A stretch of 64,000 bases of DNA. It comes from Desulfobacterales bacterium (GTDB lineage Bacteria > Desulfobacterota > Desulfobulbia > Desulfobulbales > JAGXFP01). Position numbers and translations under genes: made by a program. Shown here one piece after another: positions 26,367 through 34,274 of this stretch. The notes under the pieces are model-generated. The model did no database searches and was not told the DNA's origin. It worked only from the letters and a program-made list of their open reading frames with translations. Within the stretch, counting starts at the first letter, position 1. Each line of letters opens with the position of its first letter. The stretch is taken from the NCBI GenBank assembly GCA_024637225.1, contig JAGXFP010000050.1, forward strand, positions 11,905 through 75,904, given 5' to 3'.

Positions 26367-26996
26367 ATGGATACACCCCATGTCCTGCTGGTGGAAAATA
26401 ACCCCGACAACGTTTCCCTGATCTGCAAGATGCTTGGCCAATCCTGTTCCGACGACTTCAAGATTGAACTGGCTTCAACACTTGCTCAGTCAATCGAGAT
26501 GATGAATGCAACCCCCTTTGACGCCGTACTGCTGGAAATGGTCCTCTCCGATTCCGCCGGACTCAACACGGTCCGCCAGATCACCAAACGCTTTCCGGAA
26601 GCGGCGATCATCGTTTTAAATGAACCGAGCACCAACAGGCTGGCCAGCCAGGCGATACGCTACGGAGCGCAGGATTTTTTGGAAATAAAATTTCTTTCGG
26701 CAAAACGGCTCGCCCAGACCATAAATTGCGCCATCGAACGGAAGAGAAACATAAGTCAGAAAGAAAGACTCCTGGCCGATCTCACCGGAGCCCTTGAAGA
26801 GATCGAAATGTTGCGAAAGATCATTCCGGTCTGTGCCGGCTGCAATAAAATCCACGATGCCAATAACCGGTGGCGGAGCCTGGAGAGCTATCTCCAGAAG
26901 TTTTCAGCCCAGACGCCAAAGATCGCAATTTGTCCGGAATGTGAAGACACTCTTTATTCAGGGTGCTGGCATGACAGAGGAGAAATGAGCAGATAA
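26367..26996 (+). CDS. Atypical receiver-domain protein with a C-terminal four-Cys tail
   Basis: CheY-like fold, but with E at the phospho-acceptor position (AVLLEMVLSDS), N for the conserved Thr, and EN for the acidic pair. C-terminus IPVCAGCNKIHD...ICPEC. Confidence 0.75.
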   Translation: MDTPHVLLVENNPDNVSLICKMLGQSCSDDFKIELASTLAQSIEMMNATPFDAVLLEMVLSDSAGLNTVRQITKRFPEAAIIVLNEPSTNRLASQAIRYGAQDFLEIKFLSAKRLAQTINCAIERKRNISQKERLLADLTGALEEIEMLRKIIPVCAGCNKIHDANNRWRSLESYLQKFSAQTPKIAICPECEDTLYSGCWHDRGEMSR

Positions 26997-27997
26997 TGGA
27001 TATAATCATCTTCGAGGCCGAGGAATGGGATCGTGAATCGTTCGAGACACTGCGAGCCGATCATGACCTGCACCTTATCAATGAAGCGCTCACTCCCGAT
27101 AACGCCGGATCCTTTACGAACGCGGAGATTATCTCGACCTTCATTTATTCGGATCTGGGCAGTGTGACTCTGGCCAAATTCAAAGAACTGCGCCTCATTG
27201 CCACTCGCTCCACCGGCTTCGACCATATCGATCTCGCCTATTGCGATAAACACGGCATAAAAATCGCCAATGTCCCGGATTACGGAGATACGCCGGTAGC
27301 TGAGCATGTCTTTGCCCTGCTGCTCGCCTTGAGCCATCGTCTGATTGAGGCGGCCGATCGGACCCGCCGGGGAGATTTTTCGGGGCGGGATCTGCGCGGC
27401 TTTGACCTGGAAGACAAGACCATCGGCGTCATCGGTGCCGGCGCAATCGGGCAAGGCGTTCTCCGCATCGCAGCAGGCTTCGGAATGAAGAGAATAGCCT
27501 TTGATCCCCGGCCGAACCACTCCACCGCCAAAAGGCTCGAGTTCGAATATGTCGATTTCGAAAGTCTGCTGCAACGGGCCGATATAATCACATTGCACGT
27601 ACCGGCCAACGCGGCTACCATTAAAATGCTGGCCCGCGAACAGTTTGAAAAGATGAAAAAAGGTGTAGTCATAATCAATACCGCCCGGGGCGCCTTAATC
27701 GACGTGGTCGAACTGGTGGCGGCTCTATATTCGGGAAAAGTGGCCGGGGCCGGCCTCGATGTCTTGTCCGCGGAGTCGGATATTCACAAGGGGAACAAAT
27801 TGGCGCGCTCCCTTTTCGGGAAAAAATCGGACCTGGCCCCTTTGCTGGCCGACCAGATCCTGTTGCGCTTACCCAATGTAGTCGTCACCCCGCATAACGC
27901 GTTCAACACCCGCGAAGCGATGTTGCAGATCATCAACACCACTTCCGGAAACATCGCCGGCTACCTGTGCGGCGAGCCGAAAAACTTGATAAACTGA
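26996..27997 (+). CDS. D-isomer-specific 2-hydroxyacid dehydrogenase (D-lactate/glycerate dehydrogenase family)
   Basis: NAD-binding site GVIGAGAIGQGV. A catalytic-domain R/E/H pattern (NTARG..., VVVTPHNAF). Its start overlaps the preceding stop by 1 nt (TAATG). Confidence 0.85.
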   Translation: MDIIIFEAEEWDRESFETLRADHDLHLINEALTPDNAGSFTNAEIISTFIYSDLGSVTLAKFKELRLIATRSTGFDHIDLAYCDKHGIKIANVPDYGDTPVAEHVFALLLALSHRLIEAADRTRRGDFSGRDLRGFDLEDKTIGVIGAGAIGQGVLRIAAGFGMKRIAFDPRPNHSTAKRLEFEYVDFESLLQRADIITLHVPANAATIKMLAREQFEKMKKGVVIINTARGALIDVVELVAALYSGKVAGAGLDVLSAESDIHKGNKLARSLFGKKSDLAPLLADQILLRLPNVVVTPHNAFNTREAMLQIINTTSGNIAGYLCGEPKNLIN

Positions 27998-28009
27998 AGA
28001 GGGTTAAAC

Positions 28010-28957
28010 TTGAAAACCATAGCTACTCTGACCATGAACCCCTCTCTGGACATTTCCTCCTCGGTCCCGGAAGTGGTCCCCACCGACAAGCTCCGCTGCG
28101 GAAAGGTTTTGCGTGAGCCCGGTGGCGGCGGCATCAATGTCGCCAGGGCAATCTATCAACTGGGCGGAAACGCGGTCGCCTTTTATCCGGCCGGAGGCGG
28201 GACCGGCCAGATCGTTAATGAAATGCTGAGCAAGGCCGGAATCGCCACCCATCCCCTGCCGAGCCAACATCTGACCAGAGAGAGTTTCTCGGTGCTCGAC
28301 GAGTCCAGCGGCGAGCAATATCGATTCGTCCTGCCGGGCCCGAAGCTGTGCAAGGCAGAATGGCAACGCTGTATGGCCGAAGTGGTTGCGAAACCGGGAC
28401 CGGATTTTCTGGTAATCAGCGGCAGTCTGCCGCCCGGCGTTCCGGACGACTTCTATGCGGAAATCGCCGGGCGCCTGCAAGGTTCCTCAACCCGCCTGAT
28501 TCTGGACACCTCGGGAGAACCCTTTAATAAAGCCCTGAAGGCCGGAGGCATCTACCTGGCCAAACCAAACCTGAACGAACTGGAAGAGTTCAGCGGCCGA
28601 AAACTCGATTCCGAAGCGGAACAGGAAAAGGTATGCGCCGAACTGATCGACAGCGGCGCCTGTGAAGCCATAGCCCTCTCCCTCGGTAAAGAGGGAGCAC
28701 TGTTGGTGGCTCCCGGAATCCGGAAGAGAATCGATGCCATCCCCACTAAAGTGGTGAGCGGGGTAGGCGCCGGCGACAGTTTTGTGGCGGGAATGAATCT
28801 CGCCCTCTTTCGCGAGCAGAGCCTGGAAGAAGCTTTTTTATACGGAATGGCCGCCGCAACCGCGGCCCTGGTGACCCCGGGTACCGAGCTGTGCAATCTC
28901 GATGACACCAATGCCTATTATCAGCAGCTCCTGGAACGACATCCGTTGGGGGAGTGA
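28010..28957 (+). CDS. PfkB-family sugar kinase (1-phosphofructokinase / phosphofructokinase B-like)
   Basis: N-terminus IATLTMNPSLD and C-terminal GVGAGDSFVAGM anion-hole motif. TTG start with GAAGAGGG upstream. Confidence 0.8.
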   Translation: MKTIATLTMNPSLDISSSVPEVVPTDKLRCGKVLREPGGGGINVARAIYQLGGNAVAFYPAGGGTGQIVNEMLSKAGIATHPLPSQHLTRESFSVLDESSGEQYRFVLPGPKLCKAEWQRCMAEVVAKPGPDFLVISGSLPPGVPDDFYAEIAGRLQGSSTRLILDTSGEPFNKALKAGGIYLAKPNLNELEEFSGRKLDSEAEQEKVCAELIDSGACEAIALSLGKEGALLVAPGIRKRIDAIPTKVVSGVGAGDSFVAGMNLALFREQSLEEAFLYGMAAATAALVTPGTELCNLDDTNAYYQQLLERHPLGE

Positions 28958-29066
28958 GGGGTCTGGGATCAGGAGCCAGGAGCCAGGACGACTCTCCCAC
29001 CCTCCGAGTTCCAACCCCACCTCCTGGATATTCAGCCGGATAGACTCAGCACTGCCGTTCAATGTC

Positions 29067-31508
29067 TCACTTCCCCTCTTCGCCGGCAAATTCCTTCAAC
29101 CCCTTGGCCAGTTCCAGTAATTTATCGTTGACCATTGCGTTGACGGTGCCTTCGGGATAGCGCTTATCGTCGCCGATTTCCCCGGCCCTGATCCCGGTCA
29201 AGAGTTCAAGCCCCTCCTCGACCCTAGCGACCGACCAGATCCTGAACTTGCCTTCCCGGACTGCCGCGATCACATCCTCGCGAAGCATCAGATCGTTGAT
29301 ATTGCTCCGCGGAATCATTACGCCCTGCTCGCCGGTTAAGCCCCTTTTCGCGCAGACATCGAAAAAACCCTCGATCTTTTCGTTGACGCCGCCGATTGCC
29401 TGAATCTCGCCCCGCTGATTAACCGACCCGGTCACCCCGATCCCCTGCTTGATCGGCACATTTGCCAGGCTCGACAGCAGGCAATACAGTTCGGTGCTGG
29501 AGGCGCTGTCTCCCTCGATACCGGAATAGGACTGCTCGAAAGCGATACTGGCACTTACCGACAGGGGTTTATCCTGGGCGTACATCCGCCGCAGGTAGCC
29601 GCTTAAAATCAAGACGCCCTTGTTGTGGATATTGCCGTCCATCTTGGCCTCGCGCTCGATATTGATTACCCCTTGCCGACCCATGGAGACGGTGGCGGTA
29701 ATCCGGCTGGGCCGGCCGAAGCGGTATTCATCCAGATCGATAACCGACAATCCGTTTACCTGGCCCACTGCCGCGCCCTCGGTATCAATGAGCACACTGC
29801 CCCGCTCGATCATCTCCTGCATCTTTTCCTCGATCAGATTGGAGCGATAAATACGATCCTTGATCACCTGCTCGATATGGGCGGCATCGATCTGTTTGGC
29901 CTGATTTGCCGCGCACAGGGTTTCTGCCTCGCAGAGCAGATCGGTCAAAAGGGGCATGCTTATTGAAATTTTTTCCTGCCGGCCCGAAACCCGGACCAGA
30001 TGTTCAAGCAGCGCGCCGACCCCCGAATAATCAAGGGACCTGAGCCCCTGCTCGTCAACAATTGCTCGAATCGCCCCGGTCAATTGCTCCAGCGCTTCCT
30101 CATTCCGATCCATGCTGCTGTCGAAATCGGCCCGCACCTTGAAGACCTTCTGGACGTCCTCGTCGTAATGGCGCAGCAGATAGTAAAAATAGGGTTCCCC
30201 CAGGATAATGACCTTGATCTCCATCTCGATCGGTTCCGGCTTGAGGCCGGTCGAGGTAAACCAGTAAAAAGGATCGAAGGTCTGGATTTCCATCTTCTCG
30301 GTCTTCAGGGCCCGTTTCAGGGAAGGCCAGACACCCGGCTCGATAAGGAGATCGGAAAGATTGAGGACCAGATAGCCGCCGTTCGCCTTCAGAAAAGAGC
30401 CGGCCTTGATCTTGCTGAAATCGGTGCGCCAGACCCCGCTGCGATCGACAATCCGTTCGATGGTCCCGAAAAGATTGCGGTAGTTCGGGAAGGATTCGAT
30501 GATCACCGGGGGCTTCTTTTGCCGGGTATTATCGACCAGCAGATTCACCTGATAGGGCTGAAAACGATCGCCGACCGGCATCGCCATTCCCGGCGGTAAT
30601 TGCTGGTTTTGCTGCTCGACCACGAAGATAGCGATATTTTCGGTCATGTCCTGCAGGGCCGCCTCCAGATAGGTCCGGATTTTCTCCTGCTCATACTTGT
30701 CGAACAGGGGCTGAAACTGTTCGGCGGCCAGATTCCGGAACATCATCCGGTCGAATTTATTGCCTTTTTCCTGGAGTTCTTTCTGTAATTCCCTGATCTC
30801 CAGAAATATCTTGTCTATCTCTTTCTTCAGTTCGTCATACTTTTGCTTAACTTCTTCAAACTCCTTCTCGGGAAAGCGCCCGTTTTCAACTTTCATTTCC
30901 AGGGCGCCCATGGGAATCGGCTCCCCATCCACCACCGGCATCAGCTGGGGCCGCTGTTGCTGCCCGCCGGTGGGGGTCTGGACCAGACTGAAGCCCTTTC
31001 CCTTGACCTTTTTGTCGAGATTTTTGAAGAATTCCCCGGTCTTTTTCTCATAACTCTCCATAATCTCCTTGCGGCGGGAGATATATTCTTCGCTTTCAAA
31101 GAGCTGGGGTACACTGGTCTTGAGATTTTCGACCAGCTCCTGCATATCGCGTTTGAACTCCTGGCCGCCGCCGGCCTTGAAACGCAGCAGGAGCGGGGAT
31201 TCCTCGGTTTTAAAATTATTGACGTAACAGAGGTCGTCAGGCGGTTTTTCCTCGGAGGCGATATCGTGCAGCATTTTTTCCACAGCCTGCATGCGCCCGC
31301 TTCCCGGCCGGCCGGTAACGAAAACGTTGTAACCGCGCTTATTCATCCGCATGGCAAAACGAAAGGCCTGAACTCCGCGGGGCTGGCCGAGGATATCTTC
31401 CCGGGCCGCAACTTCCTCGGTGGACTTGAAGGAGAGGCCGCTGCTGTCAAAACGCCACCTGAGTTTTTCAACGGGGATCTCTAAGGATTTCTCAAGCTGG
31501 TTGCCCAT
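29067..31508 (-). CDS. Lon-like protease (AAA-like domain plus Lon Ser-Lys protease domain; LonC-like)
   Basis: C-terminal Lon protease domain (GDSASSTELYCLLSSLANVPIKQGIGVTGSVNQRGEIQAIGGVNEKIEGF). The N-terminal P-loop-like sequence GRPGSGRM lacks the Walker A Lys. Confidence 0.85.
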   Translation of the reverse strand: MGNQLEKSLEIPVEKLRWRFDSSGLSFKSTEEVAAREDILGQPRGVQAFRFAMRMNKRGYNVFVTGRPGSGRMQAVEKMLHDIASEEKPPDDLCYVNNFKTEESPLLLRFKAGGGQEFKRDMQELVENLKTSVPQLFESEEYISRRKEIMESYEKKTGEFFKNLDKKVKGKGFSLVQTPTGGQQQRPQLMPVVDGEPIPMGALEMKVENGRFPEKEFEEVKQKYDELKKEIDKIFLEIRELQKELQEKGNKFDRMMFRNLAAEQFQPLFDKYEQEKIRTYLEAALQDMTENIAIFVVEQQNQQLPPGMAMPVGDRFQPYQVNLLVDNTRQKKPPVIIESFPNYRNLFGTIERIVDRSGVWRTDFSKIKAGSFLKANGGYLVLNLSDLLIEPGVWPSLKRALKTEKMEIQTFDPFYWFTSTGLKPEPIEMEIKVIILGEPYFYYLLRHYDEDVQKVFKVRADFDSSMDRNEEALEQLTGAIRAIVDEQGLRSLDYSGVGALLEHLVRVSGRQEKISISMPLLTDLLCEAETLCAANQAKQIDAAHIEQVIKDRIYRSNLIEEKMQEMIERGSVLIDTEGAAVGQVNGLSVIDLDEYRFGRPSRITATVSMGRQGVINIEREAKMDGNIHNKGVLILSGYLRRMYAQDKPLSVSASIAFEQSYSGIEGDSASSTELYCLLSSLANVPIKQGIGVTGSVNQRGEIQAIGGVNEKIEGFFDVCAKRGLTGEQGVMIPRSNINDLMLREDVIAAVREGKFRIWSVARVEEGLELLTGIRAGEIGDDKRYPEGTVNAMVNDKLLELAKGLKEFAGEEGK

Positions 31509-31526
31509 GGGTGCTCCTTTGTCTGG

Positions 31527-31964
31527 TTATTTTTCAGCGGACCGGACGGCTATTTTCCTGAAATTAAGTGCTCGGCATTTCGGCAGAATGATTTTCAGCC
31601 GGTGCTTGTCAAATTCGGCCTCAACCTGGTCGGGATCGATCCGGCAGGGCAGCTTGATCCGGCTGGAAAAAGAGATCCTCCGCTCTAACCGGCCGGTGGC
31701 GCCCTCCCGTGCCTCTTTTTTGCCGCTTATCATCAAGCTGTCCGGGGAGGCGGCAACATCCAGATCGGCCGCCTCGACTCCCGGCAATTCAGCGGTGATA
31801 ATCACCGAGTCGCCCTCCTCGGAAATATCCGCCGGTAACATCTCGCCATAAAATTCGTTATATACCGAGCCCCCGAAATCCCGAAAGAAATCAATAATCA
31901 TCCGATCCATTTCGGCCCGCAGCTGTCTCAACTCTTTTTGCTTCCAGAGGGTTAAATCGGCCAT
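31527..31964 (-). CDS. Hsp20/alpha-crystallin small heat-shock protein
   Basis: Alpha-crystallin domain (VIITAELPGVEAADLDVAASPDSLMISGKKE...FSSRIKLPCRIDPDQVEAEFDKHRLKIILPK). I prefer the ATG at 31964 over the TTG at 31997. Confidence 0.85.
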   Translation of the reverse strand: MADLTLWKQKELRQLRAEMDRMIIDFFRDFGGSVYNEFYGEMLPADISEEGDSVIITAELPGVEAADLDVAASPDSLMISGKKEAREGATGRLERRISFSSRIKLPCRIDPDQVEAEFDKHRLKIILPKCRALNFRKIAVRSAEK

Positions 31965-32066
31965 CTTCACAATCCAGTTCTCTAAATTATCCTCCAATCA
32001 AAAGTGGCTCTGCCAGTCCGGATCGCGGCTTCGGCGAGGACGCAAGGCCACCAATGATTTCAGAAG

Positions 32067-32369
32067 TCAGCGGCTCGTTGTACGGTTTTTAAAGCGCAGG
32101 TAGAGCTCTTTCACCCGATTCCTGAGCTTCTTGATCTGCTCATGATCCTCTTCGGCGGCAAAGCGGGGTTCGGAAATCGAATAGATGCTCTTATGCAGAT
32201 CGTCAAGGTAGTGCTCCGTTGACATGCACCATTCATCGGTACAGATCGAACTCATCTCCTCCGCCTGATCGAGTTCCTTCTCCACGGTCTCAAGGGCTTT
32301 GGCCATTTCCTTCATAAAACCGCGGTGCGCCTTCAACATGGTCGCTTCCATATCTTTCTGCATCTGCAT
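32067..32369 (-). CDS. Hypothetical helical protein (100 aa)
   Basis: I trimmed the ORF to MQMQKDMEATML..., which has GGGAGAGAG upstream. No recognisable motif. Confidence 0.4.
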   Translation of the reverse strand: MQMQKDMEATMLKAHRGFMKEMAKALETVEKELDQAEEMSSICTDEWCMSTEHYLDDLHKSIYSISEPRFAAEEDHEQIKKLRNRVKELYLRFKNRTTSR

Positions 32370-32485
32370 GTCATCTCTCTCCCTGTTAAAATGAAAATTC
32401 AAACGTCGGCCGACGGACAAACCTCCTGTCCTTTGCCTTGCCCCTATTTCTTTGCAGTGCTGACCCCGAGCACTTTCCACAACGG

Positions 32486-32644
32486 TCAGAGACCGGTATA
32501 GGCGGTGACCAGCGCAATAGCCGCCACGACGAGCAGGCCGCCTCGCCAGGCGGGATCGAGCGGGGCCAGCACCCCGGCCAGCAGAAGTATCGTGCCCAGG
32601 GCAAAGCGGATTTTTCGATCGATGCCCCCTACATTCTTTTCCAT
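32486..32644 (-). CDS. DUF2892 (YgaP C-terminal-like) small membrane protein, 52 aa; absent from the ORF track
   Basis: My hand translation gives MEKNVGGIDRKIRFALGTILLLAGVLAPLDPAWRGGLLVVAAIALVTAYTGL*. AAGGAGG lies 5 nt upstream of the ATG. The NVGxxDRxIRxxLG signature is that of DUF2892. Confidence 0.55.
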   Translation of the reverse strand: MEKNVGGIDRKIRFALGTILLLAGVLAPLDPAWRGGLLVVAAIALVTAYTGL

Positions 32645-32963
32645 TGCAGCCTCCTTGTTTGAACTCGAAAATTTTAAAAAACCGGAAAAGCCATCGTCAG
32701 GCTAATATTGCAGTATATGTGCCAACCGGATCCTGCCGATGGTCAAGATTTACCGAAAAGATTTCCCCGCCGCTCTTAACTGTATGGCATGATTGCATGG
32801 CAGGATTAAAGAACTCACGAAAAATCAGGGAATGGCTAAGCAAGGCAGCGGGCAACGGCTGGAGATCTCCAGATTCTTGACCTAAATCCTGCTATAATCA
32901 TGGCATAATTCCTGCTACAATTTATTTGCAGCCTGCCGATAAAAATAAAAAAGGAGATAATGC

Positions 32964-33506
32964 ATGCATTCCCCACACTCGCGAATCTGGTGGTCTTTTT
33001 TCTTTCGAGGAGTAATCGCTATCCTTTTCGGCCTGACGGCCCTATTACTGCCCACCGTCACCATCGAGATTTTGGTCATTCTGATCGGCGCCTTTTTCTT
33101 TGCCGACGGGGTGTTGTCGATTATCGGTTCCTTCGCAAGCAAGGAAGTCGAAACCAGCTGGTGGGTTTCCCTTCTCGAAGGCCTGGCCGGGATTTCCATC
33201 GGCATCCTGACTTTTATCTGGCCGAGCGCGACCCTGGTCGCGATCATCCTGTTGATCGCGATCTGGGCCCTGCTTACCGGGGCGCTGGAAATTATCGCCG
33301 CCATCCGCCTGCGCAAGCTCATAAGAGGCGAATGGTTCCTCGGCTTAAGCGGGATCATCTCCATCCTGTTTGGCGCCATCCTGTTAGCAAGGCCGGGAGT
33401 GGGAGCCGTGGCCCTGGTCTGGATCATTGGCGCCTATGCGATATTTTTCGGGATTTTAATGATTTTTCTCGGTTTCAAACTGAAAAAACCGCTCCCTGAA
33501 CAATGA
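32964..33506 (+). CDS. hdeD: HdeD-family (DUF308) membrane protein
   Basis: Six hydrophobic helices with repeated ...GVIAILFG... and ...GIISILFGAILLARPGVGAVALVWIIGAYAIFFGILMI... segments. AAGGAG is upstream. Confidence 0.7.
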   Translation: MHSPHSRIWWSFFFRGVIAILFGLTALLLPTVTIEILVILIGAFFFADGVLSIIGSFASKEVETSWWVSLLEGLAGISIGILTFIWPSATLVAIILLIAIWALLTGALEIIAAIRLRKLIRGEWFLGLSGIISILFGAILLARPGVGAVALVWIIGAYAIFFGILMIFLGFKLKKPLPEQ

Positions 33507-33644
33507 TGCCAAGTTCGCAAGAAGCATAAAGCCCTTCACCGGCTCATGGAAAAAAAATCCTGCGAGACAGGACAAACTTTCCCGTATAAGAAGAAAATCA
33601 ACGAACCGGTCAATAAGACCAAAAGTCAACAGGAGGAAGAGATC

Positions 33645-33842
33645 ATGGCGGAACCTTTTTATATAGACTATGACGAATGCATTGCCTGTGGAACCTGTGC
33701 GGAAATCTGTCCGGATTGCTTCAAGTTTGACGACTCCATGGCGCATGCGGAAGTCACGGGCTTTGACTGCCCAAAGGATCTGGTCCAGGAAGCAATGGAT
33801 AATTGCCCGGTCACCTGTATTTACTGGGGAGAAGAACCTTAA
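33645..33842 (+). CDS. Small single-cluster ferredoxin (65 aa)
   Basis: I trimmed the ORF to MAEPFYIDYDECIACGTCAEICPDC...CP, which has AGGAGGAAG upstream. CxxCxxCxxxCP motif. Confidence 0.8.
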   Translation: MAEPFYIDYDECIACGTCAEICPDCFKFDDSMAHAEVTGFDCPKDLVQEAMDNCPVTCIYWGEEP

Positions 33843-33870
33843 TAAAGTTGACAAAGTCGCAAGTCACTGG

Positions 33871-34272
33871 ATGGCTAAGCTAAAATCGCCGAATCCAAGG
33901 CGCGCGAATTTCGAGGAATGATGCGTACTTCAGTACGCTGCGACGAGAGAATTTGCAGCAACGCGGGAGCCGGCGACTTTTTGCGACGCCGTCATTCTCG
34001 ATGGGAATGGCTAAGCTAAAATCGTCAGATCCAAGGCGCCCAAATTTCGAGGAATGAAGCGTACTTCAGTACGCTGCAATGACGAGACAATTTGCAGCAA
34101 CGCGGGAGCTGGCGACTTTTTGCGACGCCGTCATTCTCGATGGGAATGGCTAAGCTAAAATCGTCAGATCCAAGGCGCGCAAATTTCGAGGAATGAAGCG
34201 TACTTCAGTACGCTGCAATGACGAGACAATTTGCAGCAACGCGGGAGCTGGCGACTTTTTGCGACGCCATCT
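33871..34272 (+). repeat. Tandem array of three 136-139-bp imperfect-palindrome units (family A)
   Basis: The unit starts (atggctaagctaaaatcg...) lie at 33871, 34007 and 34146. Each unit contains an agcgtac-ttca-gtacgct hairpin at its centre and arms that are roughly reverse-complementary. Confidence 0.9.
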
Positions 34273-34274
34273 TT

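Noticed and set aside
28958-29066. Short direct repeat caggagc-caggagc-cagga and surrounding spacer between the pfkB-like and lon-like genes.
   Set aside because: This is a trivial 7-mer duplication with no hairpin or other copy in the window.
16513-31508. Possible BREX/Pgl-like defence system (methyltransferase, alkaline-phosphatase-fold protein, Lon-like protease).
   Set aside because: The genes are dispersed over 15 kb on different strands with unrelated genes between them. The phosphatase-fold protein is only 381 aa with NPP-type motifs, not PglZ-like. The methyltransferase looks PRMT-like rather than a DNA methyltransferase. The Lon-like gene sits with hsp20.
33871-34272. Possible CRISPR array.
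   Set aside because: The units are 136-139 bp, directly abutting and near-identical across their full length. There is no alternation of short repeats with unique spacers, and there are no cas genes in the window.
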